64,000 bases of DNA from a virus, in the IMG/VR virus record IMGVR_UViG_3300047318_000482, positions 1-64,000 of that record; one strand, written 5' to 3'. How positions within the stretch are numbered: the first letter of the stretch is position 1; the number at the start of each line of letters is the position of its first letter. The notes under the pieces are model-generated. The model was not told where the DNA came from. It searched no databases and saw only the letters and a program-made list of their open reading frames with translations. The translations under genes were made by a program, and so were the position numbers. Shown here piece after piece: positions 44,001 through 52,840 of this stretch.

Positions 44001-46334
44001 GGCTTGGGCGGCCTGCTGTTGCTTGGTGGCGAGGAAGCCGAGCCCGATGGTGGCTGCGGTGATGGCCAGGCCCCAGGGGCCGCCGAGGGCGCCCATGAGG
44101 CCGGATCCGAGTCCGCGGGCGGCGGTCCCGGCTGCGGCGCCGATTCCGCGGAGGGTTCCGGTGAAGCCGGTGCCTGTGGTGGAGGCGGTGCGGAACGCGG
44201 CACCCATCCGGCCGATGATCGGGACTCGGGTCTGGAGAACGGCGAACGCTGCGCCGTACCGGGTCAGGGATACGCCGGCCGCGGCGGCCAGTGACCGCTG
44301 TACGGCCATCTGCCCGCTCAACGATCGGAAGGCGCCGGTGACGCTGCCGCGGACGGTGGTGGCGAGCGATGTCAGACGCGGCTGGATCCGGGAGGTCAGC
44401 ATCGCGGCGAGGACGAACTGCTGGATCGGGCCGGGCAGCGCCCCGAACGCGGAGACGAGTGTGCCGACGAGGTGGCCGATCGGGCCGAGGACGACGGAGA
44501 CCGCGGATACGGCGGTCATGAGGAGGTCGAGGGCTCCGACGACGATGTCCAGGCTGGAGGCCACGGTGCTGCCCTCGCCGGTGAGGTCGCCGAAGGCGGA
44601 CACGACGGGCTGGACGCCGTCGGCCAGGTTGCCGAGGACGTCCATGACCATCTGACCGGCGTTGATGATGAGGTGGAAGAAGTCGGCGATGCCTTCGCTT
44701 GCGAGGTCCTTGAACGGTTCGGCCAGGCCCTTGGCTTCGGACTTGATGCCGGCGAACTCGGCGCGGGCGGCGGAGAGCAGGTCCGGTCCGAAGACCGAGC
44801 CCAAGTCGTTCATGTGCTGGAAGAACTGTTCGATCTTCGGGGTGGCGGTGGAGAGGCCCTTGGTGATGCCGCGGGTCAGGAACTCCAGGCCGGGCGCCAT
44901 GCCCTGGTAGATCGTCAGGCCGGTCTGTTTGGCCTGGGTCTTGAGCTGGAGCATGGCGCCGGCGAGGCCCTTGCCCTTGGCGGCGGCGATCTCGGCGGCG
45001 GCGCCGGTGTCGGACACGGCGGCCATGAGGTTGTCGAAGGAGTCGACGCCCTGGTGGGCGAGGGCGATGGCGCCGGACATGGCGGGCTTGCCCATGGACT
45101 GCTTGACGGCGGCCGCGAAGTCCTTCTGCGACATCTTGTGCTGGGCTTTGGACAGGCCGTCGATGACGTAGCGCAGGCCCTTGAAGCCGCCCTGGGCGTC
45201 CCACGCTTCGATGCCCATGGCCTTCAGGCCCTTGATCATCTGGGGGGTGGGGGCGGCCAGGTTGGCCATCATGCCGCGCAACGTCGTACCGGCGGTCTGG
45301 CCGAGGATGCCCGCCTTGCCGAGCATGCCGACCGCGGCGGCGGTCTCGCGCATGCTGACGCCGAGCCCGTGGGCGACCGGACCCGCATATTTCATTGCGA
45401 AATAAATGTCAATAATGTCACCACTTGCGGCATTTGCCGTAGCGGCGAGGGTGTCGGCGGCCTGTCCTGCCTGGTCGGCGCCCATCCCGAACTGGTCCAT
45501 CATGTCGCCGAGATACTTCGCGCTGTCGGCCGCGTTCACCTGGGCTGCGGAGGCGAGGATCAGGCTGGCCCGGGTGGAGGAGATGGCCTGGTCGGTACGG
45601 AAGCCGGCCTTGGCGAGCTCCACCATGGCCTCGGCGGCATCCGCTGCGGTGGCGCCAGGGATGGAGAGGTCGTTGCCGAGCTGGTTCGCGGTCGCCGACG
45701 CGCGCTTCATCTGCATGGCGGTCGCGCCGGTCGTCGCCCCGAACGCGTTCATCGACTGCTGGAGCTCGCCGCCCATCTTCAGCAGCTCGGCGCCGCCGAT
45801 GACGAACGCCCCGCCGGTAAGGAGGGTGGCCAGGGACATGAGCTGGCGCCGGGCGCGCCCGGACTCGTCGCCGATGCGGCGCAGGCCGCGGACGCTTCCG
45901 CCGCCGACCCGGGTCAGGCGGGAGTCGGCGCGGCGGGCCGCGTCGGCCAGGCGCAGCAGGTCCCGGACGGCGGTGTTGATCTGCCCGGACATGCTGGCGA
46001 GTTGCCGGGCGGTGGTGCGGGAGTGGTCGCCGAGGGTGTTGACGTGCCGCTGGGCGCGCTGCGCCGCGTCCCCGTAGCGGCCGAGATGGCGGGCCGCGGT
46101 CTGGGCGCCTGCTCCCAGCCGGGTCAGGTTGCGGCCTGCCGTACGGGCTTCGCGGCCCAGGGTCCGCAGGTGCCGGGTGGCCGACTCGGACGCCTGCCCG
46201 AGCTCCTTGACCTCGGTCTTGGCGGTACGGGCGGCGTTTGCGAGGGTCCGGGCGTGCTTCGCCGAGGACTTCAGGGACTGGGCGAGGTCGTTGCCGTGCC
46301 CGCGGATGTCCACGGACAGGTTCCAGTTGGCCAC
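41064..46334 (-). CDS. Tail tape measure protein (1756 aa)
   Basis: TP901-type core (LAKAG, KYAGPVA..LGVS..ETAAA.G.L..AGI.G..AGT.LR), GGPWG, C-terminal ADGG and EPET.GEGYVP repeats. Confidence 0.95.
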   Translation of the reverse strand: MANWNLSVDIRGHGNDLAQSLKSSAKHARTLANAARTAKTEVKELGQASESATRHLRTLGREARTAGRNLTRLGAGAQTAARHLGRYGDAAQRAQRHVNTLGDHSRTTARQLASMSGQINTAVRDLLRLADAARRADSRLTRVGGGSVRGLRRIGDESGRARRQLMSLATLLTGGAFVIGGAELLKMGGELQQSMNAFGATTGATAMQMKRASATANQLGNDLSIPGATAADAAEAMVELAKAGFRTDQAISSTRASLILASAAQVNAADSAKYLGDMMDQFGMGADQAGQAADTLAATANAASGDIIDIYFAMKYAGPVAHGLGVSMRETAAAVGMLGKAGILGQTAGTTLRGMMANLAAPTPQMIKGLKAMGIEAWDAQGGFKGLRYVIDGLSKAQHKMSQKDFAAAVKQSMGKPAMSGAIALAHQGVDSFDNLMAAVSDTGAAAEIAAAKGKGLAGAMLQLKTQAKQTGLTIYQGMAPGLEFLTRGITKGLSTATPKIEQFFQHMNDLGSVFGPDLLSAARAEFAGIKSEAKGLAEPFKDLASEGIADFFHLIINAGQMVMDVLGNLADGVQPVVSAFGDLTGEGSTVASSLDIVVGALDLLMTAVSAVSVVLGPIGHLVGTLVSAFGALPGPIQQFVLAAMLTSRIQPRLTSLATTVRGSVTGAFRSLSGQMAVQRSLAAAAGVSLTRYGAAFAVLQTRVPIIGRMGAAFRTASTTGTGFTGTLRGIGAAAGTAARGLGSGLMGALGGPWGLAITAATIGLGFLATKQQQAAQAAAEHQQQISSLSQALRDSNGAVDDSVRSIATENLMQQKIKTTLDGQKRLVDLARTAKVPMSELVDAYTNQGTSLGKLQKHLEDVAAANHDWVLDPESGVGGDALNKQGQAADDLRKGLSGLSGDFKKAAADARDYNEGVKGASDGVSAYDRLKGAVGALADKTADADSRTRALREALDLLSGGSVSLQAAQARVNEALTNANESLANGVDHADGYGKALLKQNGQLDTASKNGQNLFNTLNTVADGSANAAVAAYEFADSQGKGLKESMAAASGEMEKSRKAAIDLMGSYGLTAEQAATVADSMGLIPGQVSILLSAHGVDSTLAELMAVQAEFKAVPNAKTIKVDALGEDAKRELEDLGYKIELIPGTREYKITAPTAAAREQLNLLIGKMAETPDDKDITVDARTAAAIVELEGVKKKVASTKGKTITVNAPTAQARAQLEALGFKIKSTKGKKVVVSVPTGSQQANVAALARAIASLRDRAITITTNKVTKFSTVGAPGSGGIAVAKRDYADGGVVDYYARGGIQRGGVRRFAGGSENHVAQIAPGGSWRVWGEPETQGEGYVPFAPSKRPRSRAITEEIVRRLGGDANSIEWNADGSVTDWRYDPTTGSLYSASDAGQSGHKTKKVKTKGKGKWTTKEVEYFDITAVEKKLRSAAKATTAWNKDLEAVARRAGGDVADALAAMGEDGMKLAHKMATGSTKYINDMSKALRDLQKTAKATLEDYTRQLGKANTLNKTFSDNLAKLAAEGFGDLASQLAAENDQAAQDLAAAAVKDKSKASKANAAAKTANNALTADEVSELVSIIAAIKTSKTGIHDVAATTALGEDEIIAVANKAKGQIGKSLGTRATQFLADLGRANKHLSYADGGIRAGIYATQGGVVRFAEPETHGEGYVPLSPSKRRTALPVLADIAHRFGLGITDVAASRAVVIIRQGGDTHVNVTAVRTGATASDIGAQVGRSVRRARRGGVAARAAG

Positions 46335-46376
46335 CGGTACGCTCCTCCCTCGCTGCTCGACTCGTGCGGTGTGCGG

Positions 46377-46750
46377 TTACTGGGCGCCGAGTTCGGCGGC
46401 CAGTTGCTGCGCGGCGTGGATGTACGCCGGCAGCAGCAAGACCTTCAGGCCGGCCCCGGCCTGCCCCTCGGGGATCTCCTTCTGCTTCATGGCGAGCTCC
46501 TCGCAGCCGAAGCAGTTGTGCGTGATCGCGACGTAGGCGTCCACGTATTCGCCCTGCTCGTCGACCCACTCCGACTCGCGGGTGCCGCACTGCGGGCAGG
46601 TCCCGCGCAGGTAGTCGGAGTAGGCGAGGGCCTTGGCCCGGTCGCCGGCCGACCAGGTGCCGTCGCCAAGGCCCCGGAAAAGCGAGTACGGGATGCGGTA
46701 CTCGTGGCACAGGGCCATCTCGGCGCGGAACCGTGGGTCATCGGTCAGCC
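46377..46750 (-). CDS. Tail assembly chaperone, -1 frameshift extension (gpGT-like)
   Basis: Frame is open from the GGGAAAA slip site: RLTDDPRFRAEMALC...CPQCG...CFGC. Confidence 0.75.
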
Positions 46751-47311
46751 TTTTCCCAGGTCGGCCCGGGTGGTGTGCTGCACCCCGAGGGCGGCGTTGA
46801 ACATGGCGTTCGCCTCGGCGAGGGACCAGGAGTCCAGGAGTTCACGCGCCTCGGCTTCGGTCATGCCGTCCACGGACGATGCGGCGATCAGCGCGGCCGG
46901 GTAGCCCTCGCCCCACTCCTTGCCCTCTTCGGTCTCCGCCTCGGACGCCGGGTGCGCCTTGAACAGGACTTCGAAGGCTGGGCGGGGCAGCGCGCGGAAC
47001 CGGATGGCGATAGACGTCTCGTCGTAGGCGGCCTTGGCCGCGTCTCGCTCTGCGGTTGCGGTGGCCAGGTCGGCGGCTGCCTCGGCGTCCTCGGGGTGGG
47101 CCTTGGCGTACGCCTCGGCCATGTCGAAGGCCCGGCTGGCCCGGTTGTGGCGGTCGCGGACGGCCTGGTCGTCGCAGATGACGAACGTCGTCTCGGCGAG
47201 TGCCCGGTTGCGGAGCCGGTTCATCTTGTCGGACCAGTGCGCGTCGGCGGCCACAGCCTGCGCGGGCGGAGGCTGGGGGGTGGTGGTCTGGCGGGTCCGG
47301 GTGGTGGTCAT
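46745..47311 (-). CDS. Tail assembly chaperone (gpG-like)
   Basis: Between tail tube and TMP; ends ...DLGKG over the slippery heptamer. Confidence 0.85.
   Translation of the reverse strand: MTTTRTRQTTTPQPPPAQAVAADAHWSDKMNRLRNRALAETTFVICDDQAVRDRHNRASRAFDMAEAYAKAHPEDAEAAADLATATAERDAAKAAYDETSIAIRFRALPRPAFEVLFKAHPASEAETEEGKEWGEGYPAALIAASSVDGMTEAEARELLDSWSLAEANAMFNAALGVQHTTRADLGKG
46751..46757 (-). other. Programmed -1 frameshift site G GGA AAA
   Basis: XXXYYYZ heptamer; the -1 frame joins the downstream ORF. Confidence 0.8.
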
Positions 47312-47423
47312 GACGGGTGGGTCCTCCGGTTCGGGAAGGGGACCCGGCCGGGCGCCACAGGCGCCCCTTCCCGAACGTCGGGGCCCGGCCGGGCGTAGAG
47401 GGGGTGTTGCGGTCCGGCTGGGG

Positions 47424-48227
47424 TCAGCCGCCCGGCGTGGTCGTGGTCACCGTGACGGCGGGGCTGGTGCCGCCGGTCAGGGTCGCGGTCGCGGTCATCT
47501 GCGGGACGTCGGCGCCGTCGTAGGCTCCGCCGAACGTGACCGTGATCGGGGTCCCCGGGTGCGGGCCGCCCGCGCAGACGACGTCGCCGGACGCGAGGTT
47601 CGACAGCGCCTCGAGCGCGGACTGCACCGCGGCCGCGGCAGCGTTGTACGGGATGGCCGAAGTGGTCTGCCCGGACCAGGTGAGCGTGTACGTACCGCCG
47701 GTGGGGGTGCCGGTGATGGTGATGGTCTGGACTTCGTCCGTGCCGGCCGCGGGCACCGGTGCGCCCTGGAGCGGGCGGGAGGTGATGGAGCAGGTGGCCA
47801 TGAACTTCGCGGCCTCATTGTCGGCGGTGTACTGCGGCGACTGGGAGGCGACCCGGATCGGAAAGACGTCCATCGAGTTGTTCGCGGGGACGTCGCCCTT
47901 ACGCATGATCACGATGTGGGCGTTGGTGCCCTTCGCGAACAGCTGCTCCAGGTCGGCGTCTTCCTCGTCCTCGTAGAACGTGAAGCTGCTGGAGTCGGCC
48001 TTGTCGCTGCCGGGGATGGTGGAGTCGTAGGTGTCCGCCATGTCCGGCGTGTCGATCTCCTGGTTGGCGACCGTCCACCCGTCCATCGCGGCGATGTACG
48101 CGGAGAACTCGGTGCCGGCAGAGATCTCGCTGCGCGTGGGCAGCATGTCGTCGGCGACGACGTTCGGCACGAAGAAAAACTTCGACGTGCCGCGCCTCAT
48201 GTATTTCTTCGGCTTCGGAAGCAGCAT
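47424..48227 (-). CDS. Major tail (tube) protein with C-terminal accessory domain
   Basis: PTRSEISAGT, GW, IDTPD, IPG...DSS.TFYED, DVFPI; C-terminal EVQT..TGTPTGGTYTL domain. Confidence 0.88.
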   Translation of the reverse strand: MLLPKPKKYMRRGTSKFFFVPNVVADDMLPTRSEISAGTEFSAYIAAMDGWTVANQEIDTPDMADTYDSTIPGSDKADSSSFTFYEDEEDADLEQLFAKGTNAHIVIMRKGDVPANNSMDVFPIRVASQSPQYTADNEAAKFMATCSITSRPLQGAPVPAAGTDEVQTITITGTPTGGTYTLTWSGQTTSAIPYNAAAAAVQSALEALSNLASGDVVCAGGPHPGTPITVTFGGAYDGADVPQMTATATLTGGTSPAVTVTTTTPGG

Positions 48228-48367
48228 TTCGTGGGCCCCTTGGTCCCGGGGCCTTCGCGGTCGCTGGGACCCGGCCCCTTACACGGTGTGTATGGGTGGC
48301 GGCCACCTGTGGTGGTGGCGTCCGCGTGGGGTCCCGCCGCGGTGCGGTTGTACGTGCCTGAATCGGG

Positions 48368-48817
48368 TCAGGCGCTGGTCAGGTCGAACCTGTACCGGCT
48401 TGCACTGCTCATGATTCCATCGGCGGCGTCGGGTGTTCCCCCCGCTTCCGCGTCGGGAGCGCGGGCGATGACGCGGGCGTCGGGCACGGTCAGGTCGTGG
48501 AGCCAGCGCCGGGTGCCCGGGTCGCGGCCGATGAGGACTTCGCGGGCCTTGTCGCCGAGCCACTCCATCTGGTCCTGGGTGCCGTAGGAGTCGGGGTCGG
48601 TCAGGTCGCGGGCGGAGATGCAGTCGACCTGGTAGACGATGCTGCAGTCCTCGTGCAGATCGGAGAACGGGGCTCCGGAGGTCTGCCGGTCGATGAAGTG
48701 CAGGATGTAGTACTCGGTCGGGTCGCCGTCCGGGACCTTCCCCTCTCCCACCGGCTTTCCCGATGCCTGAGCCAGGAGCTCCTTGATGGCGTTGGTGACC
48801 AGCCTGGTTTTGATCAT
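48368..48817 (-). CDS. Tail terminator-like protein (149 aa)
   Basis: Position; YYILH, YQVDCI motifs. Confidence 0.7.
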   Translation of the reverse strand: MIKTRLVTNAIKELLAQASGKPVGEGKVPDGDPTEYYILHFIDRQTSGAPFSDLHEDCSIVYQVDCISARDLTDPDSYGTQDQMEWLGDKAREVLIGRDPGTRRWLHDLTVPDARVIARAPDAEAGGTPDAADGIMSSASRYRFDLTSA

Positions 48818-48990
48818 GCTGGTTCCTCGTGCTTCTCCCGGCCGTCCAGCGAGTGGTGGGTGATGACCCAGCCGACGGATCCGTCGTCGCACTTCACCGG
48901 CCGCATGCCGGGCCCGCAGACGCAGTCGTCGGACTCCGTGTCGTGCTCGATCAGATCGTTGACCGGGTAGGCGTGGACGCGGTTGCTCAC
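48814..48990 (-). CDS. Small His/Cys protein (58 aa)
   Basis: HAYPVNDLIEH...CVCGP...HHSLDGRE; coupled on both sides. Confidence 0.6.
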   Translation of the reverse strand: MSNRVHAYPVNDLIEHDTESDDCVCGPGMRPVKCDDGSVGWVITHHSLDGREKHEEPA

Positions 48991-49373
48991 AGCAGGACCT
49001 CCGCGAGGGCGAGCCGCATCGACGCCATCAGTGTCGCCTCGATGAACGGGAGCGCCGGCTGGACGTGCGGGAACGGCGGCTGGTTGTAGGAGCGGCCGAT
49101 ACTGTCCGTGCCGGTGAACCCCCACTCCAGGCGCCGCCCCTGCGGCCGGTCGGTGCCCAGAGTGCAGATCGCGCCGTACGGCAGGCGCCGGGTCTCGGTC
49201 CGCCAGGAGCCGCGGTAGTCACCGGTGATGACGTTCGGGCCGGGCCGGCCGGACGCGTTTCCGGCGATGCGGGCCTTGCCGAGGGTGCCGGTGTGCTCGA
49301 CACCGTGCGCGATGGCCGGGCCGATCTTCTTCGCCGCCAGTTCCAGCTTCTCGGCGAGCTCGTCCGGGGTCAC
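48987..49373 (-). CDS. HK97 gp10-like tail completion protein
   Basis: PNVITGDYRGSW, RLEWG, PFPHVQPA. Confidence 0.8.
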   Translation of the reverse strand: MTPDELAEKLELAAKKIGPAIAHGVEHTGTLGKARIAGNASGRPGPNVITGDYRGSWRTETRRLPYGAICTLGTDRPQGRRLEWGFTGTDSIGRSYNQPPFPHVQPALPFIEATLMASMRLALAEVLL

Positions 49374-49819
49374 GACGTGGCTCCCGGTGCCTGGTTCTGA
49401 TCGAGGGGGGTGATCCGTACGACTTCGGTGGTCGCGGCCCGGGAGGGGTCCTGGCACACCCAGGACCGGCCGATCAGCGCGGTGTTGGACGGGTCGTGGA
49501 CCTGGACGACGGTGACGATGGCATCCTTCGGCACGATCGGCGCGGTCAGCGGAGTCATCATCCGGTAGCGGGACTTCGTCTCCTGCACCCACGGCTGCAG
49601 GACGGCCGGGGTGGCGGAGATCTCCGACTGGGCGGTGCCGCCCTGCACGGCGCCCGGCCCCTCGTAGAGGACCACACGCTCCGGCCGGGTGAGCTTGCCG
49701 GTGGTCTCGTCGAGGACGGGCTTGCCGGTGGCGGGCAGTTCGACCCGCACCACGTCAAGGAGAAGGTTCTTCTCCACCCATCCGCGTACGCCGGCGAGCG
49801 CCGCATCCAGTCCGGGCAT
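49370..49819 (-). CDS. Head closure/stopper (DUF6093-like)
   Basis: DETTG.....VLYEGPG.VQ; synteny. Confidence 0.7.
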   Translation of the reverse strand: MPGLDAALAGVRGWVEKNLLLDVVRVELPATGKPVLDETTGKLTRPERVVLYEGPGAVQGGTAQSEISATPAVLQPWVQETKSRYRMMTPLTAPIVPKDAIVTVVQVHDPSNTALIGRSWVCQDPSRAATTEVVRITPLDQNQAPGATS

Positions 49820-50199
49820 CAGTCCCTCCCCTGCGCCCACTCGGCAAGCTGCCGAAGGATTGCTTCGGTGACGCCCGTCTTCCCGTCGTCCAGGTCGGTG
49901 CGGTCCAGCGCGGCCCGCTCCACGGCGGCCGGGTCGAGACCGAGGACGAAGTCGGCGATGGCTTTCCCGACGTCCTGCTGGCTGGCGACGGCGACCCGGG
50001 CCAGGCCCTCGAAGGCGACGCTGTCGGCCTGCCGGGTGTGCAGGATCAGCATGGGCAGCGCGTCCGCGATGGAGTGCTCGAGCTGGTAGCCGACGACCTG
50101 CCCGGCCGGCAGGGCAGTGCCGTCGAGGCGGATGGTGGCGCTGCCGGGCTGCGCGTCGATCCGGACGCCGTGCGCGGTGGGCTCGGCTTCTGTGGTCAT
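49819..50199 (-). CDS. Hypothetical protein (126 aa)
   Basis: Coupled ORF in the head-tail region. Confidence 0.6.
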   Translation of the reverse strand: MTTEAEPTAHGVRIDAQPGSATIRLDGTALPAGQVVGYQLEHSIADALPMLILHTRQADSVAFEGLARVAVASQQDVGKAIADFVLGLDPAAVERAALDRTDLDDGKTGVTEAILRQLAEWAQGRD

Positions 50200-51041
50200 G
50201 CGGGGTCTCCTGAGACGAGTCCGCGGCGGCCGTTGAGGTCGGGTCGGGGCACCCATTCCCTTATGCACCCATGGTGAGCGGCAGGGAACTCGGTGGCGTC
50301 GTCTGCGGAGCGGATCGTGCCGTCGGCGTGGTCAGTGTCCGGATGATCACGAAATCCACACTCGGGCCCGTCCACGCATTCGAACCAGACTGCGTCCAAC
50401 TCCTGCCGGCCGGTGTTGATGGCACCGTGGTTGGCGGTGACGACGGCCTGCCAGGTCAGAGCGGAGTGGGCCCACGACTGGACGGGATGCTTGGAGTTGT
50501 TGGAGTAGACGATCGTCGACAGGGGGTGGTCGGCGACGAGTTGGGCGGAGTCGATGCCGGAGTGGTTGCGGCGCAGGGTGACCTCGCGGGTGGCTGCCTG
50601 TGCGGCGCGGGCGAAGGCTTGGGCGCGGCGGACGGTCTCCTGGATGCGCTGGATCAGGTCGACGTAGAAGGTGCCGGTCAGTCCGGTGAGCGCGGCCTGG
50701 TGGTCGGCGGTCCACTGGAAGAGGGTGATGTCCCGGCCGGCTTTGCGCAGGGCGCGCAGGGCGCCGTCGCGGTAGGCGATGGGCAGGTCGGTGGCGGCCC
50801 ATCGGGTGGCGAGCGCGCGGGCAAGGCGGTCGAACTCGCCGACCTCGTCGTTGAAGCCGCTGATGATGCTGCGGATGCGGGTGGTGGCGCCGAGGGTGGG
50901 CTGGAGGCGTTCCAGGACGCGCAGCAGGTTGTCCTGGGCCGTGGTCAGGCGCTGCCAGCGTCGTACGAGTTGGGCGGTCATCAGGGCGATGAGGAGGGTC
51001 AGTTCGGTGCGGTCGTCGGTCTCCTGCACCGGGGTGGTCAT
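50196..51041 (-). CDS. Minor capsid / MuF-like protein
   Basis: C-terminal DGPECG...H...HHGCIR resembles the MuF HPxCR motif. Confidence 0.6.
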   Translation of the reverse strand: MTTPVQETDDRTELTLLIALMTAQLVRRWQRLTTAQDNLLRVLERLQPTLGATTRIRSIISGFNDEVGEFDRLARALATRWAATDLPIAYRDGALRALRKAGRDITLFQWTADHQAALTGLTGTFYVDLIQRIQETVRRAQAFARAAQAATREVTLRRNHSGIDSAQLVADHPLSTIVYSNNSKHPVQSWAHSALTWQAVVTANHGAINTGRQELDAVWFECVDGPECGFRDHPDTDHADGTIRSADDATEFPAAHHGCIREWVPRPDLNGRRGLVSGDPA

Positions 51042-51376
51042 CGGCGGGGCCGTTCACGCAGGAAGAACACGCCGAGGGTGTCGCTGTCGGCGCTGTCAGC
51101 GGGGTTGGCCGGATCGTCGGGTGCGGGGGGCTGGCCGCTCTCGAGGTAGGTGATCTGGCGTTCGTAGGCCTTGATGTTCTCGGTGTAGGAGACGCCGACG
51201 ACGGAGGTGACGGTGACGGTGGCCGGCTGGGAGCGCAGGGCGGACAGGCGCTCGCGGACGACTTCGAGGGCGACGGCGCGGCCGGTGCGAAGGCGGGTGT
51301 AGCGGGTGATGAGGTCGGCGAGGTCGGTGTCGGTGCCGAGTTCGGCGAACAGCCAGGCGCGTACGGCGGCATCCAT
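51038..51376 (-). CDS. Head-tail adaptor-like protein (112 aa)
   Basis: Helical, GGAGG RBS, synteny. Confidence 0.65.
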   Translation of the reverse strand: MDAAVRAWLFAELGTDTDLADLITRYTRLRTGRAVALEVVRERLSALRSQPATVTVTSVVGVSYTENIKAYERQITYLESGQPPAPDDPANPADSADSDTLGVFFLRERPRR

Positions 51377-51470
51377 GGCAGCTACCTCCAGGCGGATGGG
51401 TGGGGTGGGAAGGGTGCGGGTGCGGGCCCGCCGGTGGCGCCCCCACCACGGGGGCGGGCCCGCACGCGCT

Positions 51471-51770
51471 TCAGTCGCCGCTGGTGCCCTCGTCAGCGGC
51501 GGCCCGGCCCCGAGACCGGCTGGACGCCGCGGTCTTCTTCGCGGCCGTCTTCTTGGCCGCAGATGCGGCCGGCTTGGTGTCGCTCTTGTCGTCCCCGTCG
51601 TAGGCGCCGTCGGTCTTGGCGTCGGTGTCGGGGAGTTCACCGTCCTCCCAGGCGTCCGGGTTGGTGACCAGGGCCGCAAGGCGCGGCTCGGGCTCCTCTC
51701 CGGGCAGCAGGAGGACGGTGCGGTGGCGTTCGGGATCCCTTACGTGCACGGCCTTGCGGAGCTTGGCCAT
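51471..51770 (-). CDS. Small head-associated protein (99 aa)
   Basis: L.PG...P...A.LVTNP.AW then Lys/Ala-rich tail; directly after capsid gene. Confidence 0.65.
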   Translation of the reverse strand: MAKLRKAVHVRDPERHRTVLLLPGEEPEPRLAALVTNPDAWEDGELPDTDAKTDGAYDGDDKSDTKPAASAAKKTAAKKTAASSRSRGRAAADEGTSGD

Positions 51771-51775
51771 GGCGA

Positions 51776-52825
51776 TCAGGCCCCGAGGACGGTCGCCGAG
51801 ATGTGGATGTCCGGTACGTAGAGCACCGGCATGCCGATCGCGGCGCCGCGGGTGTAGATCTGGACGGGGTTGTCGTCGACGTGGGTGACGACGACGATTC
51901 CGGGGGCCTCTTCGCGGGTGAGGGCCGGGTTGGTGCCGGAGGTGAACTGGGCTGCCTCGCGGGTGACTCCGAACTGGGTCTGCGCCCATTCGGAGGCGGG
52001 AACGTCCGGGATCATGATCCACTTGTTGTCGGGGATGACCCGCTGGTAGACGTCGTCGTTCCAGACTTGGACGTCGTAGATGACGATCGGCGGGAGGCCG
52101 TAGCGGGCGCGGACGGCGTCGACCTCGAGCGGGGACAGCGTGGTGCCCGGGTTGTTCGCGGCGTTCTGCCCGTAGAACGCGATCTGGTACTCCGCGTTCG
52201 CCGCGAGCATCGAGCGGGCGCGGCGGGAGGTGACGACCTCGCGCGGCGCGGGGGCGCCGGAGTCGATGAGGTAGTCGATCCAGGCCCGCTCGTCCGACAG
52301 GGGGGTGGCGGTGGGCTGGTCCCACAGAACGGCCGCGGTCGGCATGTTCAGGGCGGGGACGTTCCAGTTGACGTCCAGGCCCAGGCCCGGCAGGGTCACG
52401 CTGCCGGTGGCCAGGAGCTGGCCGGCGGCGAGTTCCTGCGCGGTCTGGATGGACTCCACGTGCCGCTCGACGTCCGAGTACAGGAGGTCGATGTAGGCCT
52501 GGGTGTCGGCGCCGCGGCCGACGTCGAGGAGGATCTGGTCCATTTCGGAGACGGCGAGGGTCTGGCCGAGGGCGGGCAGCATGCCCTCGTTGACGACGCG
52601 CTCGGCCTGGCGCTTGGCCATGGCGGTCGGCGCGTCGTAGGCCCGGAACTTGGCGGCGTTGACGCGGCGCTTCGCGGACGTGGTGCGGAACTTGACGCCC
52701 TGGATCTGCGTCTCGGGCAGGACCTCGCGGGTCAGGCGGTAGTTCGCCGGGGTGTCCATCTGCCGGGCGAAGACCGTCAGGTCGGCGGCGTTGGTGTCGC
52801 GCAGAAGGAGCTCAAGGGCTTCCAT
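51776..52825 (-). CDS. Major capsid protein (lambda gpE-like)
   Basis: AKFRAYDAP, E...GQLLATG, W.....TPLSD..AW, DNP....T......MPV. Confidence 0.88.
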   Translation of the reverse strand: MEALELLLRDTNAADLTVFARQMDTPANYRLTREVLPETQIQGVKFRTTSAKRRVNAAKFRAYDAPTAMAKRQAERVVNEGMLPALGQTLAVSEMDQILLDVGRGADTQAYIDLLYSDVERHVESIQTAQELAAGQLLATGSVTLPGLGLDVNWNVPALNMPTAAVLWDQPTATPLSDERAWIDYLIDSGAPAPREVVTSRRARSMLAANAEYQIAFYGQNAANNPGTTLSPLEVDAVRARYGLPPIVIYDVQVWNDDVYQRVIPDNKWIMIPDVPASEWAQTQFGVTREAAQFTSGTNPALTREEAPGIVVVTHVDDNPVQIYTRGAAIGMPVLYVPDIHISATVLGA

Positions 52826-52840
52826 CGTCTGCTCCTCCTA

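Noticed and set aside
45395-45430. AT-rich TMP tract as a dif site
   Set aside because: Shares ATAATGTC with dif-like arms but lacks a convincing 11-6-11 arrangement; kept only as an unexplained cis element
40938-46904. Very long plus-strand ORFs (817 aa, 810 aa and similar ones elsewhere)
   Set aside because: Antisense shadows of high-GC3 genes, with no motifs and biased composition
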